The notes under the pieces were generated by a model. The model saw only the letters and a list, made by a program, of their open reading frames with translations. It did not search any database and was not told the DNA's origin. From Candidatus Dojkabacteria bacterium (GTDB taxonomy: Bacteria; Patescibacteriota; Dojkabacteria; J137), in the NCBI GenBank assembly GCA_041750555.1, contig JBGSZB010000036.1, positions 17,473 through 81,472 of the forward strand: a stretch of DNA of 64,000 bases. The letters run 5' to 3'. Position numbers and translations under genes: made by a program. Shown here piece by piece: positions 19,953 through 29,763 of this stretch (position 1 is the stretch's first letter; each line of letters begins with the position of its first letter).

Positions 19953-20708
19953 TTATTGAGAAGTAAGGAGTAAATATAACTCATCAATGTTTTTAATAAC
20001 TTCTGTATTTAATTTTAAATTAGCTTTGTTACATAATTCTTTAATTTCATTTAATGACCAGTACCTTTGTTTAATAAAAGAAGTATAGGTCTTCGTATCT
20101 ATTGAGTTTTTAATATTTGTTACGATAATCTCTTCTTTTGATATTGAAGTATTAGTTTTACTAAAGTATTTATATGTTTTCCAATTTAAATCATATCTAA
20201 ATTCTGAATCTTGAGTAGTGTAGCTAAAATCAAATTGAGATGGATTAATATTTTCTGGGTTATCAATGTTTATAAGTATTTTGCCGTTTGTTTTTAGTAA
20301 TTTTTTACACTTATTTAAAAGTCTAATGGCATCTTTTTTTGTTAATGCTATTTCATTAAATGTATTCCAAAACATTATTATTAAATCATACTTTACTTTA
20401 GTATCAAATTTAAATATATTCTTGTTATGTAATTTAATGTTCATTTGTAAATCTTTATCAATAGTAGATAACTTTTCTTTAAATAACTGTAGTAATGATT
20501 TAGAACTATCTACAACATCAACTTTAAAATTTTGAGTGGCTAAAATTAAAGAATGTCTTCCACTACCTCCACCTATGTCTAGCACTCTACTATGAGGTGG
20601 TAAGTATTTATTAATTAAACCAATTTCTAGATTAGTAGCATCATCTCCTTTAATAAAAGAATTTACTATATCGTAGTATTTAGCTGTATTATCGTTACTA
20701 TTCTTCAT
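19953..20708 (-). CDS. Class I SAM-dependent methyltransferase
   Basis: VLDIGGGSGR; start overlaps epmA end. Confidence 0.9.
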   Translation of the reverse strand: MKNSNDNTAKYYDIVNSFIKGDDATNLEIGLINKYLPPHSRVLDIGGGSGRHSLILATQNFKVDVVDSSKSLLQLFKEKLSTIDKDLQMNIKLHNKNIFKFDTKVKYDLIIMFWNTFNEIALTKKDAIRLLNKCKKLLKTNGKILINIDNPENINPSQFDFSYTTQDSEFRYDLNWKTYKYFSKTNTSISKEEIIVTNIKNSIDTKTYTSFIKQRYWSLNEIKELCNKANLKLNTEVIKNIDELYLLLTSQ

Positions 20709-21816
20709 TTATTAATTCAGATATTGGGAAATAATTAATTTCAGAAATGTTTTTAGCATTAGCATATATCATAGCTAATCTATCTAATCCCATTCCTATT
20801 CCTGATACATCTGGCAATCCTGATTTTAATGCATCAATTAGATCATAATCAAAAGCTATCTCTTTCATTTTTAATCTTTTTCTGGCATTTTGTTCTTCAA
20901 TAAATCGTTTCTCTTGTTCATCTCCATCAATTAATTCTGTATATCCATTGGCTATCTCTTTATTAAACATGTATAGTTCTACCTTTTGACATACAAGTGG
21001 GTTAGCAGGATTTTCTTTAGTTAGTGGACACATTATTTTAGGGAAATCGTATAGAAATACAGGTTTATCTATTGGTAATTTATCTTCTATCTCTGAGCCA
21101 AATATTAATTCAAATATTGTTTGCCATTCATCATCGTTATCTACTTTGTAACCTCTATTTTTAGCAAAATTAATAAAATTATTTGTATCATTAATATCAC
21201 TTAATTCAATATTTAAATATTTCTTAAGTATTTCAGGTATTGAAAATCTATAGAAGGAGTCTTTAATATTAATTGTTTTACCAAGGTAATCTAGCGTTAA
21301 TGGTATATTCTTTACCTCCTTTAAGTTATTTATTTCATCAACACTTAAGTTTGAAATTTCTTTAATAGAGTAGTGTTGTAGGGCTTTAATGTATTTAAGT
21401 ATAAATCTCAAGAGTTCTTCAGTAGAATCCATTAAGTTAATATATGTATTACCTAGTTCATACCATTCTAACATTGTAAATTCTGGAGAGTGATTAACCC
21501 CTATATCTTCTAACCCTCTTAATACTTTTGTAATTACAAAATGATTACCTAATCCTGCACTTAATATTTTCTTGTTATATGTTTCTGTAGTAGGGGTTAA
21601 ATATGCTTTTAATTTCCTTTTGTTACTTAATTCAATTGTAGTTTCTAAAACATCTAAGTATCTCTCTTGTGGAAGCGCAGTTGTAATTATGGGGCTTTCT
21701 AACTCGTGATAGTTTCTATCCTCAAAAAACTTTCTACATGCTTTAATTATATATTCCTTAGTAAAATACCTTGGGAATAGGGTTGGATTATTTTTTAATT
21801 GTTTCCAAGTTCTCAT
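20698..21816 (-). CDS. epmA: EF-P lysine aminoacylase (LysRS2 paralog, GenX/PoxA)
   Basis: No anticodon domain; HSPEFTMLEWY, EIANGYTEL, SGIGMGLDRL; adjacent to efp. Confidence 0.9.
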   Translation of the reverse strand: MRTWKQLKNNPTLFPRYFTKEYIIKACRKFFEDRNYHELESPIITTALPQERYLDVLETTIELSNKRKLKAYLTPTTETYNKKILSAGLGNHFVITKVLRGLEDIGVNHSPEFTMLEWYELGNTYINLMDSTEELLRFILKYIKALQHYSIKEISNLSVDEINNLKEVKNIPLTLDYLGKTINIKDSFYRFSIPEILKKYLNIELSDINDTNNFINFAKNRGYKVDNDDEWQTIFELIFGSEIEDKLPIDKPVFLYDFPKIMCPLTKENPANPLVCQKVELYMFNKEIANGYTELIDGDEQEKRFIEEQNARKRLKMKEIAFDYDLIDALKSGLPDVSGIGMGLDRLAMIYANAKNISEINYFPISELINEE

Positions 21817-22373
21817 TATTCTTTAGAGAAGTATGTTCCAGTATCTGTGTTAATTACTATTCTTTCTCCATTTTTAATAAATAGAGGTACTTGTACTTTA
21901 AATCCAGTTTCTACTGTAGCTTCTTTAGATGCATTAGTTGCTGTATCTCCCTTAACTGCATCAAAGGTATCTATTATCTTTAATGTTATCTTTTGAGGTA
22001 TTTGAGCATATATTGGGTTACCTTCATAGAATGATATTATATATTTACCATCTTCATGAAGGAAATCTGTACCCCCAGGTATTAAATCCATTAATACATT
22101 TACTAAATCATATGTTGTTGGATCCATAAATACTGCACTGTTTCCCTCTACGTATGAATACTGCATTGTTTTAGACTCTATTTCTAATTCTTCTACCTTT
22201 TCTCCTGATCTAAATACATGATTAAATATTTTTCCACTTTTAATACTTTTAAGTCTAACTCTGTTAAATGCTCCACCTTTACCAGGGGAATAAAATTCTT
22301 TTTCTATTAAAACATGAGGTTCGTTATTAAACTCAATAATCATTCCTCTTCTTAATTCTGTTGTACCTGCCAT
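21816..22373 (-). CDS. efp: Elongation factor P (Lys-type PGKG loop)
   Basis: SPGKGGAF, KGDTA, ETG..VPLFI. Confidence 0.97.
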   Translation of the reverse strand: MAGTTELRRGMIIEFNNEPHVLIEKEFYSPGKGGAFNRVRLKSIKSGKIFNHVFRSGEKVEELEIESKTMQYSYVEGNSAVFMDPTTYDLVNVLMDLIPGGTDFLHEDGKYIISFYEGNPIYAQIPQKITLKIIDTFDAVKGDTATNASKEATVETGFKVQVPLFIKNGERIVINTDTGTYFSKE

Positions 22374-22411
22374 ATATGTATATTTATAAAGTTGATGTAT
22401 TTTAACAGATA

Positions 22412-24673
22412 TTAGATATTGTTAGAAGGTTTAATCTCTCTTTCTACAACATTATATCCAGGTAATCTAATTGTAAAATTTGAACCAACTCCTACCTTAC
22501 TTTTAATTTCAATTGTACCTCTCATTAATTTTACTAGGTTAAATACAACGTATAGTCCTATTCCTGTTCCTCCAGGTCTAATTACGTTCATTCTTTCATT
22601 ACCATCACTTAAGTATGTATTAACTCTAAAGAACTTTTTACCAAGGTTTGGTATAGCGTCTTCTGGAATACCTTCTCCTGTATCTTTAACTGTAACTACT
22701 ACATATCCATTCTCTTTATATGCTTCTACTCTAATTTCTCCCTTCTCTGTATATTTAACTGCATTACTAACTAAATTATCTACAACCTCTTGTACTTGAT
22801 CACGGGCTGCAAACGCTATTATTTCTCCCTCTCCAAATACAGAGTATAGCTTAATACCTTTTCTAGTAGAATCAGATGTATTACCCTCAATTGCTACATT
22901 AACAACATCTTTTATATCTACTTTCTCCATTATTATCTGCACCCTGTTATTTTCAATTCTTGTAGAGGAGAGTACTGTTTCTAAGATTTTAACTTCTCTT
23001 CTAATGTTTTCTAAAGCTTTTGTATACAAGTTATTTAATTCAAATTGTGTATCACTTTCATCTACTTTACCTATTGCACTTTTCATCATTGCTACTGCAT
23101 TTCTAGCTATACTTAATGGTGTTCTTAATTCATGTCCTAGTATATCCATCATATCTTTTTCTTTACGTAGTTGTTCAGATAACTCTTGGTTTTTTTGTTG
23201 AATTTCTTTGGTTGCTATTTCAACTTCCTTTTTAAGATTTAAGTTAAACACTTCAACTTCTTCATAAAGTTTAGATCTTGCAAAAGCAACCCCAGTAATT
23301 TTCGCAAGATTTGTAATAAAATCTAGTTGGCCACTTTCATAGGGATAGCTAATATTTTCTTCGCCTAAAATCAAGATTCCGATAAGCTCTTTAGGATCAA
23401 GAATAGGAACCATTAATCTAATATTATGCCTTTCAAGAATATTTTTTATTTTCATCAAGTCATCGAGATTATGAGATGAATTGTTAGGATTTATATTAAT
23501 AAGATCGTAGTTTAAAGGTTCAAATTTAGTTAATTGAAAAACCTTAATTACCTCGATTATCTCATCCTCATTGAAGATGTTTGGAAAGTTATTTTTCAGA
23601 TTTGAAATCAATTTTCTTTTGAGGTTTGTAAAATATATACTAAAATATTTAGGTCTTAGTGTGGTATTTAATGTGTTAAATAATGATTCGGATATTTCAT
23701 CTGTATCAAGCTTATTACTTATCTGTATGTTGTACTTGGCTAATTGTTCTGAAGGGTCGTATCCTGAGTTTAGTACTCTTTTAGTAACATTACTTTGTAA
23801 TGAAATTCGCAATTTGTCGTAAATTAGTAGAAAGGTTATACCAACTGGTATCCCTGTCAAAAGTGCGTTTATATTAAATACGCCTCCCCATAGGAAAGTA
23901 TCGATTATAAAGGATATATAAAATCCAGCCATCAGTACTATTGTTAAAACTGATATATAAATCAATCTTCCAAAAAGTATTCTAGTCTCAAAAAGTTTAT
24001 ATTTCAGAATTGAGTAGGCTATAGCTAAGTTAATTGGTATGCTAGTAAAGATACCTAGAAAAGATAGCCTAGAATTACCTAAAACTATTGGGAGAAGAAT
24101 ATTAGTTAACAAAGTTGAAATCAAAGTTATAATTATTCCACTATATACAATATTTACTGAAATCTTAGTCTTTATGTTATTTAGATGTCTGTGTGATCTT
24201 ATTATCCAAAATATACCTATAGTTACAATAACAATAAATAGTACAATTACTGGATAAATGTCGCCATAGAAAATCTTTTTAATAGCTGGATCTGTTCCTT
24301 CTATAACTAAATTTGTAAACAAGCTTAATAATCCTAAAATCAAGCTAAGAAGAAAGAATGGAATAGTAACTACACTTTTAGTTTTGAAACTAGAATTTAA
24401 GTCTTCATTTCTGTAGTGATATACAAATAAAAACAGATTGGAGATCAAAAGTGGGGCTGCAAACCACATTGACTTAGCAGCAGTATATGATACTTCTTGG
24501 CTTATATATGAGGAGAAAAAATAAAGACTCAAAACCCAAATGATGCTTGATATAATTAAAAATGAAAAGAAAAGTCCACTTAACTTTTTATTAATAAGAA
24601 AATGTCTAGCTGATATAAAAATGAAAACACAAAAAAGTGGAATAATAATGTAAAGTGCTAATTCAAGTATCAT
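22412..24673 (-). CDS. Sensor histidine kinase: 7TM-type receptor, GAF-like, HisKA, HATPase
   Basis: Multiple TM helices, AYSILKYKLF, GAF LIGILILG..LYEE, HELRTPL, NAVKY, DTGEG, GTGIGL. Confidence 0.93.
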   Translation of the reverse strand: MILELALYIIIPLFCVFIFISARHFLINKKLSGLFFSFLIISSIIWVLSLYFFSSYISQEVSYTAAKSMWFAAPLLISNLFLFVYHYRNEDLNSSFKTKSVVTIPFFLLSLILGLLSLFTNLVIEGTDPAIKKIFYGDIYPVIVLFIVIVTIGIFWIIRSHRHLNNIKTKISVNIVYSGIIITLISTLLTNILLPIVLGNSRLSFLGIFTSIPINLAIAYSILKYKLFETRILFGRLIYISVLTIVLMAGFYISFIIDTFLWGGVFNINALLTGIPVGITFLLIYDKLRISLQSNVTKRVLNSGYDPSEQLAKYNIQISNKLDTDEISESLFNTLNTTLRPKYFSIYFTNLKRKLISNLKNNFPNIFNEDEIIEVIKVFQLTKFEPLNYDLININPNNSSHNLDDLMKIKNILERHNIRLMVPILDPKELIGILILGEENISYPYESGQLDFITNLAKITGVAFARSKLYEEVEVFNLNLKKEVEIATKEIQQKNQELSEQLRKEKDMMDILGHELRTPLSIARNAVAMMKSAIGKVDESDTQFELNNLYTKALENIRREVKILETVLSSTRIENNRVQIIMEKVDIKDVVNVAIEGNTSDSTRKGIKLYSVFGEGEIIAFAARDQVQEVVDNLVSNAVKYTEKGEIRVEAYKENGYVVVTVKDTGEGIPEDAIPNLGKKFFRVNTYLSDGNERMNVIRPGGTGIGLYVVFNLVKLMRGTIEIKSKVGVGSNFTIRLPGYNVVEREIKPSNNI

Positions 24674-24738
24674 AGTAAAAACTTCTATATATATCGCTAT
24701 TCTACAAGAATAACATTTACTTGTGAATACTCAACTTG

Positions 24739-26697
24739 TCAAATTTCAGCTACGAGTTCTATTGCTTTATGTATTTTGATTAAATCTTCCGCTGGGGATT
24801 CCCAGAACTTGATTACAACATCATAGTCGATTGTGGTTTTCCCCAGTTCCCGCATAATATGATCTAAATAAGGTTTAATCTCATTGATTGCTCCTTGTTC
24901 AAGAAGTCTCATGGTTTGTTCTCTAAGCCAATTAATAGATATGCATAAAACTTTTCCTACTGGAGAGGAGAAGTAGCCACTCATGCCTGCAGTTATTGAT
25001 TTAGTTTCAGATGTAGGTTTAACAAGAGTATTAATTAATACGTAATTACCATTGGTACTTGGAACCATTCCAGATAGGCCTATGTTCGTCATTGCTAGCA
25101 ATCCTGGATTTGGTTGAATAAATGCTGTGGTCATTGGAACACCATTTTTTGTGTTGACAATTTCATTAACTTTTCTGATAAATTTCGTAATATGAAATTC
25201 AATTCCAGTGCCAAGTCCTTCAAGCTCAGGAAATATCCTATGCCTCAATTCTTTATCCTCAAGTTTAACTAATCTTCCTGGCTCTCCTTCGAGAGTCTCT
25301 GAAAAATCAATTTTATTAAATACTTGAAACCTTGGGTCAAGCATAGGTGAATTGATTGGAGTCTCCATTCTTAAGAAGGGTGAAACTTTTCTGATTAATG
25401 TATCATTTGAAACAAGTATTTCTCTTATGAACGCCCTTATCTTATTATAATATTTTGCGTACTCAGGTTTTATACCATGCTCATCAAACTTATCTTGTAA
25501 ATCAATGCCCCACACCTCTTTAAGTAAAGCTATAGTTTTGCTATCTAAGGTAGTGACTTCGTCTGTTAAGAAACTCATTAATAAATCTAATTCACTCCCC
25601 CCATTTGCTATTAGATCATATGTTTCCTTTAACCTATTACTTCCAACTGTTCTTCTGCTTAGCGTATCTAACCTTGAAAAAGAATATCTTATCCCACCCG
25701 CTATTACTGGTTTACTCAAATTATCACTCATCGTTCCTGAAACTGGGATAGATATAATATCATCTCCAAAGAACTCATGGCTTAGTATGATTGATTCAAT
25801 TAACTTGAGATTCAATTGACTTGTCTCAGGGAGTTTAGCTACCTCAGAAGTTCTAGAGTTGGTATAGTCATGGTTAACATAATTATTTCCGAGAATTTCA
25901 AGATATTTAGCTATTACAAGTATTGTTTTTAAAAGTTTTTTATCAGTAATAGTTTTCGTTAAGTTGAGTTTAAATAATTCAATCTTCCCATTACACAATG
26001 CTAAAGTCTCAGCAACGGTTCGTATAAAAGTTCCAGAAACATGGACAAGGTATGCTTTATTTGATTTAGTTGCATCATTTATACTCGTAATATCTTCCAC
26101 AATTGCTACCCCATTGGTTGCATTTTTTTCAAACTCTATAGCTAAGTCATTAAGAAAGCTATCGTTTTCTTGGTCGCTTTGTCTGTCTGAATGATCTACT
26201 AAATTAAAAGTATTTAGTTTTGATAATTGAGTGTTGATCAATTCTTGCAATACATCGCCCTTCGGCATCAAAGCCTCAGCAAGAGATAGTTTGAGTTTTA
26301 AAAACCCATTACTTATTCTATCTATTATGACGAACATACCTATCCAATTTCCATCCCTACGATAGTTTATTATCTCGTTAATGTTTGCTCCTACAATTTC
26401 GTCAAATATACCTATATCAAAATCTTCACCTTGCTCTGTTGCAAAATGTTTAATCAAAGCTAGAATTAATTCTTTTATTATTGTTTTATTAAATTCTTCA
26501 GCTCTTTCCAAATCTTTACTCTCTTTGTCTAAAGGACTTTCGAGTTCTAAAAAATCATCTCTATCTATAGTATCCATAGATCCATAATTGTATGTTGTAT
26601 CATCAAAGGGTATAGGCTTAGGAGCTGGTAATAGCGGGATGTCAGGAACCTCTGTAAAGACTAATTGCTGGGATTCCCTTAACTTATAGTCTAACAC
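24739..26697 (-). CDS. Large hypothetical protein; putative divergent GNAT-fold N-acyl amino acid synthase (FeeM/LuxI-like) in C-terminal half
   Basis: 652 aa ORF; ordered motifs NNYVNHDY, IAGGIRY, EPGRL, AFIQPNPGL..IGL; function is inference. Confidence 0.4.
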   Translation of the reverse strand: MLDYKLRESQQLVFTEVPDIPLLPAPKPIPFDDTTYNYGSMDTIDRDDFLELESPLDKESKDLERAEEFNKTIIKELILALIKHFATEQGEDFDIGIFDEIVGANINEIINYRRDGNWIGMFVIIDRISNGFLKLKLSLAEALMPKGDVLQELINTQLSKLNTFNLVDHSDRQSDQENDSFLNDLAIEFEKNATNGVAIVEDITSINDATKSNKAYLVHVSGTFIRTVAETLALCNGKIELFKLNLTKTITDKKLLKTILVIAKYLEILGNNYVNHDYTNSRTSEVAKLPETSQLNLKLIESIILSHEFFGDDIISIPVSGTMSDNLSKPVIAGGIRYSFSRLDTLSRRTVGSNRLKETYDLIANGGSELDLLMSFLTDEVTTLDSKTIALLKEVWGIDLQDKFDEHGIKPEYAKYYNKIRAFIREILVSNDTLIRKVSPFLRMETPINSPMLDPRFQVFNKIDFSETLEGEPGRLVKLEDKELRHRIFPELEGLGTGIEFHITKFIRKVNEIVNTKNGVPMTTAFIQPNPGLLAMTNIGLSGMVPSTNGNYVLINTLVKPTSETKSITAGMSGYFSSPVGKVLCISINWLREQTMRLLEQGAINEIKPYLDHIMRELGKTTIDYDVVIKFWESPAEDLIKIHKAIELVAEI

Positions 26698-26741
26698 ATT
26701 ATTTTTCTAACTCCCTAATTATAGCATTTCCAGTTAAAAAT

Positions 26742-26769
26742 GACAAAGCTTGGTAACTCAAGCTTTGTC
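26742..26769 (-). terminator. Perfect 11-bp hairpin, likely terminator of the XRE operon
   Basis: GACAAAGCTTG-gtaact-CAAGCTTTGTC, followed on the minus strand by ATTTTT. Confidence 0.65.
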
Positions 26770-26889
26770 TAGAAATTAATTACAGCTACAGAGAAAGAAT
26801 TCTATAAAATTACAATTCTTATATCTTTTCGAAAATATTATAAGGTTTCACTACGAAAACTCTACTATTAATTGTACAGATATTTAAGT

Positions 26890-27615
26890 TTATAAAGTAC
26901 GATAATGTAAAACCATAAACCTGTGATTACCCCATAGTGGCTCTACTGCATATTGAAGCTTTATCTTTTTTCCGAAAACACTAAACATTACTGTTCTGCT
27001 TGCGTTATCTCTAAAGTTTTTATCTTTACTTTCTTTAGAAGCAATATTCCATAATTCCAATGCCAAAGGATTGCTCTTTATGTATTGTAAAATATTCTCA
27101 TAATCTTCGTCACCTTCCATGAAATACATTTCTGAATAAGTTCTCAGAAACATATTATATGCAATTTCATTTAGGTAGTTCTTATCAATAAATTTATTAA
27201 TACCTAAACTGTTATCAAATAGTATCTGAGGCATATATTTTAATAATATCTTTTCTTTATCAAATCTCCCTAATTTACAGAAACAATCAGATATATCAAT
27301 TAAGCGTGATCTATCATCTACACAATATGATAAAGTTTTAAGTTGTCTATAATAAGGTCTAAGTATACTTCTTGCTTCCTCTATTTCTCGGATGTTAGGT
27401 GGTTTTGAGATGTTTCCGTTTAAATAGCTATATTCTAAAGAGTTTAGTTTTAATGCTCTTGAAATCTTATCTAGTGTTTCTTTTGTAGGGTTAGTAACAT
27501 TACTTTCAATTCTGCTAATTACTCCTGAAGATGCTCCAATTAAAACCTCTAAGTCTAATTGAGATAAACCCTTTAATCTTCTAAATACTCGTATTTTATT
27601 TCCTAATGTGTTCAT
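26890..27615 (-). CDS. XRE HTH + MmyB-like (PAS-fold) ligand-binding regulator, paralog 3
   Basis: True start MNTLGNKIR at 27615 by paralogy; SYCVDDRSRL, ALELW, FMVLHY. Confidence 0.85.
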   Translation of the reverse strand: MNTLGNKIRVFRRLKGLSQLDLEVLIGASSGVISRIESNVTNPTKETLDKISRALKLNSLEYSYLNGNISKPPNIREIEEARSILRPYYRQLKTLSYCVDDRSRLIDISDCFCKLGRFDKEKILLKYMPQILFDNSLGINKFIDKNYLNEIAYNMFLRTYSEMYFMEGDEDYENILQYIKSNPLALELWNIASKESKDKNFRDNASRTVMFSVFGKKIKLQYAVEPLWGNHRFMVLHYRTL

Positions 27616-28384
27616 TGTTATTAAATTTTTTAATAAGTTGTGAAAATCTATTGTTAATCCTATATTCCACCATCCTAAATCTAGGATTAAAGTATATAGG
27701 TTCAAGATAGAAGTCTAAATCAAATGAAATACCTAGGAATTTAAACTTAACCTTTAAATCATTTGGGTCCCTGAAATAGTTATCGGATTCAAGTTCTTCA
27801 GCTTTTCTCCATAATTTTATTGATAGTTCGTTTTGATTAATTCTATCTACCATCTCTTCGTAACATTCGTCTCCCTCCATAAAATGCATCTCAACATAGG
27901 TGGTCCTAAAGACATTGAGAGCAGCTCTCTCAAAATCATCATCAGATAAAAATTTTTTTGCTGGTGAATCATTGCTTGTTACAATATTTGTAAAATATTC
28001 CATTTCTAATCTTAATAGATCTTCATTAGAAAATTTTGCTAATCGTTTAAAACCGTTTGATAGTTTTATTAACCTATTTCTATCATCTAATATGTATCCA
28101 AACACCATAGGATTTTTTAAATGATCGGACATTTTATCTATAACTTCTTTTATTTCATTTTCAGTTGGAGGAAATGCAGTTCTTCCAATTAAATATTCAA
28201 CCTGAAGTTTATTCAAATCCAAAGATTCTATTATTTTAAATATCGTCTCTTTATTAGGATTAGTAACATTACTTTCAATTCTACTAATTACCCCAGAAGA
28301 AGCACCTATTAATACTTCTAAGTCTAATTGAGATAAACCCTTTAATCTTCTAAATACTCGTATCTTATTTCCTAAGGTATTCAT
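27596..28384 (-). CDS. XRE HTH + MmyB-like regulator, paralog 2
   Basis: LSQLDLE..ISRIES HTH; GYILDDRNRL; FRMVEY. Confidence 0.85.
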   Translation of the reverse strand: MNTLGNKIRVFRRLKGLSQLDLEVLIGASSGVISRIESNVTNPNKETIFKIIESLDLNKLQVEYLIGRTAFPPTENEIKEVIDKMSDHLKNPMVFGYILDDRNRLIKLSNGFKRLAKFSNEDLLRLEMEYFTNIVTSNDSPAKKFLSDDDFERAALNVFRTTYVEMHFMEGDECYEEMVDRINQNELSIKLWRKAEELESDNYFRDPNDLKVKFKFLGISFDLDFYLEPIYFNPRFRMVEYRINNRFSQLIKKFNNNEHIRK

Positions 28385-29175
28385 ATACTTGTAATCTTTT
28401 TCAATAACTTTAAAGCAGTATTAGTTGGAATATATTCTACAATCCTAAATTTTTGATTAAACCAGTATGATTCTAGAGAATATGTCATTTTGAAATTAAC
28501 CCCATATGCTCTAAAAGTGATAGTTCTACTTTCCCAAGGGCTATGTGCAGGTATCTCTTTACTAGTATATAAATCCCAATATTTTTTAGCTAAATCATTG
28601 TTATTTATCTTTTTAATCATATCTTCATAACATTCATCACCAATCATAAAGTGGGTTTCTGTATAACAATGAGAGAATACATTTTGTAGTGTTAATTCAT
28701 AATCTTCATTAGTTAGATATCTTTTAATAGGTATTGAATCATCAGTTGCAATAATTGGCATATATTGCATTAATATCTTATCCATATCCTTTTTATCCCA
28801 TTTTGCTAAACGTATAAATGCATCTGACATTGCAATCATTCTTTCTCTATCATCTACAATATATGCAAAAGTAAAAGGTTTACTAAAGTAATCCTTAATT
28901 TGTTCTCTAACTAAATCAATTTCATCTTGAGTTGCAGGATATGCAGTATCTCCTATTAAATAGTCAGCTTCAAAGTTATTTAATTTTAAAGTTTTAATTA
29001 TCTTAATTAATGTCTCTTTACTAGGATTAGTACCTCCAGATTCAATTCTACTTATTACTCCATTAGAAGCTCCTATTGCTACTTCTAGGGATAGTTGAGA
29101 AAGTCCTTTTAGATTCCTAAAGACTCTTATTTTCCTACCAATGTCTTTGTATGTTTCTTCACCTCTATATCCCAT
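28381..29175 (-). CDS. XRE HTH + MmyB-like regulator, paralog 1
   Basis: HTH; AYIVDDRERMIAMSDAF; FRIVEYIP. Confidence 0.85.
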   Translation of the reverse strand: MGYRGEETYKDIGRKIRVFRNLKGLSQLSLEVAIGASNGVISRIESGGTNPSKETLIKIIKTLKLNNFEADYLIGDTAYPATQDEIDLVREQIKDYFSKPFTFAYIVDDRERMIAMSDAFIRLAKWDKKDMDKILMQYMPIIATDDSIPIKRYLTNEDYELTLQNVFSHCYTETHFMIGDECYEDMIKKINNNDLAKKYWDLYTSKEIPAHSPWESRTITFRAYGVNFKMTYSLESYWFNQKFRIVEYIPTNTALKLLKKITSI

Positions 29176-29236
29176 AGTAGATAAAGGATTTTACATAAAT
29201 TATATTGTTTTTACTATATTTTTATGTATAAAACAA

Positions 29237-29250
29237 TGTATTGCAATACA
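29237..29250. promoter_or_regulatory. Palindromic operator candidate TGTATTGCAATACA upstream of the XRE operon
   Basis: Perfect 14-bp palindrome; similar sites at 29737 and 33576. Confidence 0.65.
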
Positions 29251-29260
29251 AATTTGGAAA

Positions 29261-29686
29261 TTAGTTTAAATTGTTCTCAATCCATTCTTTGGCAAATTTT
29301 GGGACTAAATTTATTTCCTTAACTTTCTTCAAATCAACCCATTGAGGTTCATAGAAATTATTAGGGCAGTTTTTGAGTAGTTCCTCACCACCAAGTTTAA
29401 GCTCTCCTGATAGATATTCACACATGTAGTAGTAATCAAAATTATTTCTATGTAAATCTCTAAATTCAAATACAGGAATAATATTGCTTACAAATATCCC
29501 TGTCTCCTCTTCCAATTCTCTTGCAACAACTTCCTCATATTTTTCACCTATCCTAATATGACCTCCTGGAATAACCCAATAGATCTTCCCCTTATATTTT
29601 CTATATATTAATAGGATTTTGTTATTGTTAATTACAATCCCTGCGTGCCTTTGGTTGCTAATTCTCGTATCACTATCTAAATGCAT
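29261..29686 (-). CDS. NUDIX hydrolase
   Basis: GGHIRIGE..ARELEEETG Nudix box. Confidence 0.92.
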   Translation of the reverse strand: MHLDSDTRISNQRHAGIVINNNKILLIYRKYKGKIYWVIPGGHIRIGEKYEEVVARELEEETGIFVSNIIPVFEFRDLHRNNFDYYYMCEYLSGELKLGGEELLKNCPNNFYEPQWVDLKKVKEINLVPKFAKEWIENNLN

Positions 29687-29735
29687 ATAGTTAGATTAAA
29701 TATTTAAAATATAACAAAAAATATAATTAAAAGCA

Positions 29736-29751
29736 TTGTATTGTAATACAA
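29736..29751. promoter_or_regulatory. Operator candidate TTGTATTGTAATACAA upstream of the NUDIX gene
   Basis: One substitution from the 29237 palindrome. Confidence 0.6.
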
Positions 29752-29763
29752 GTTTTATAGATT

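Noticed and set aside
27616-27705. 30-aa N-terminal extension of the third XRE ORF
   Set aside because: Lies inside the upstream paralog; alignment puts the start at 27615
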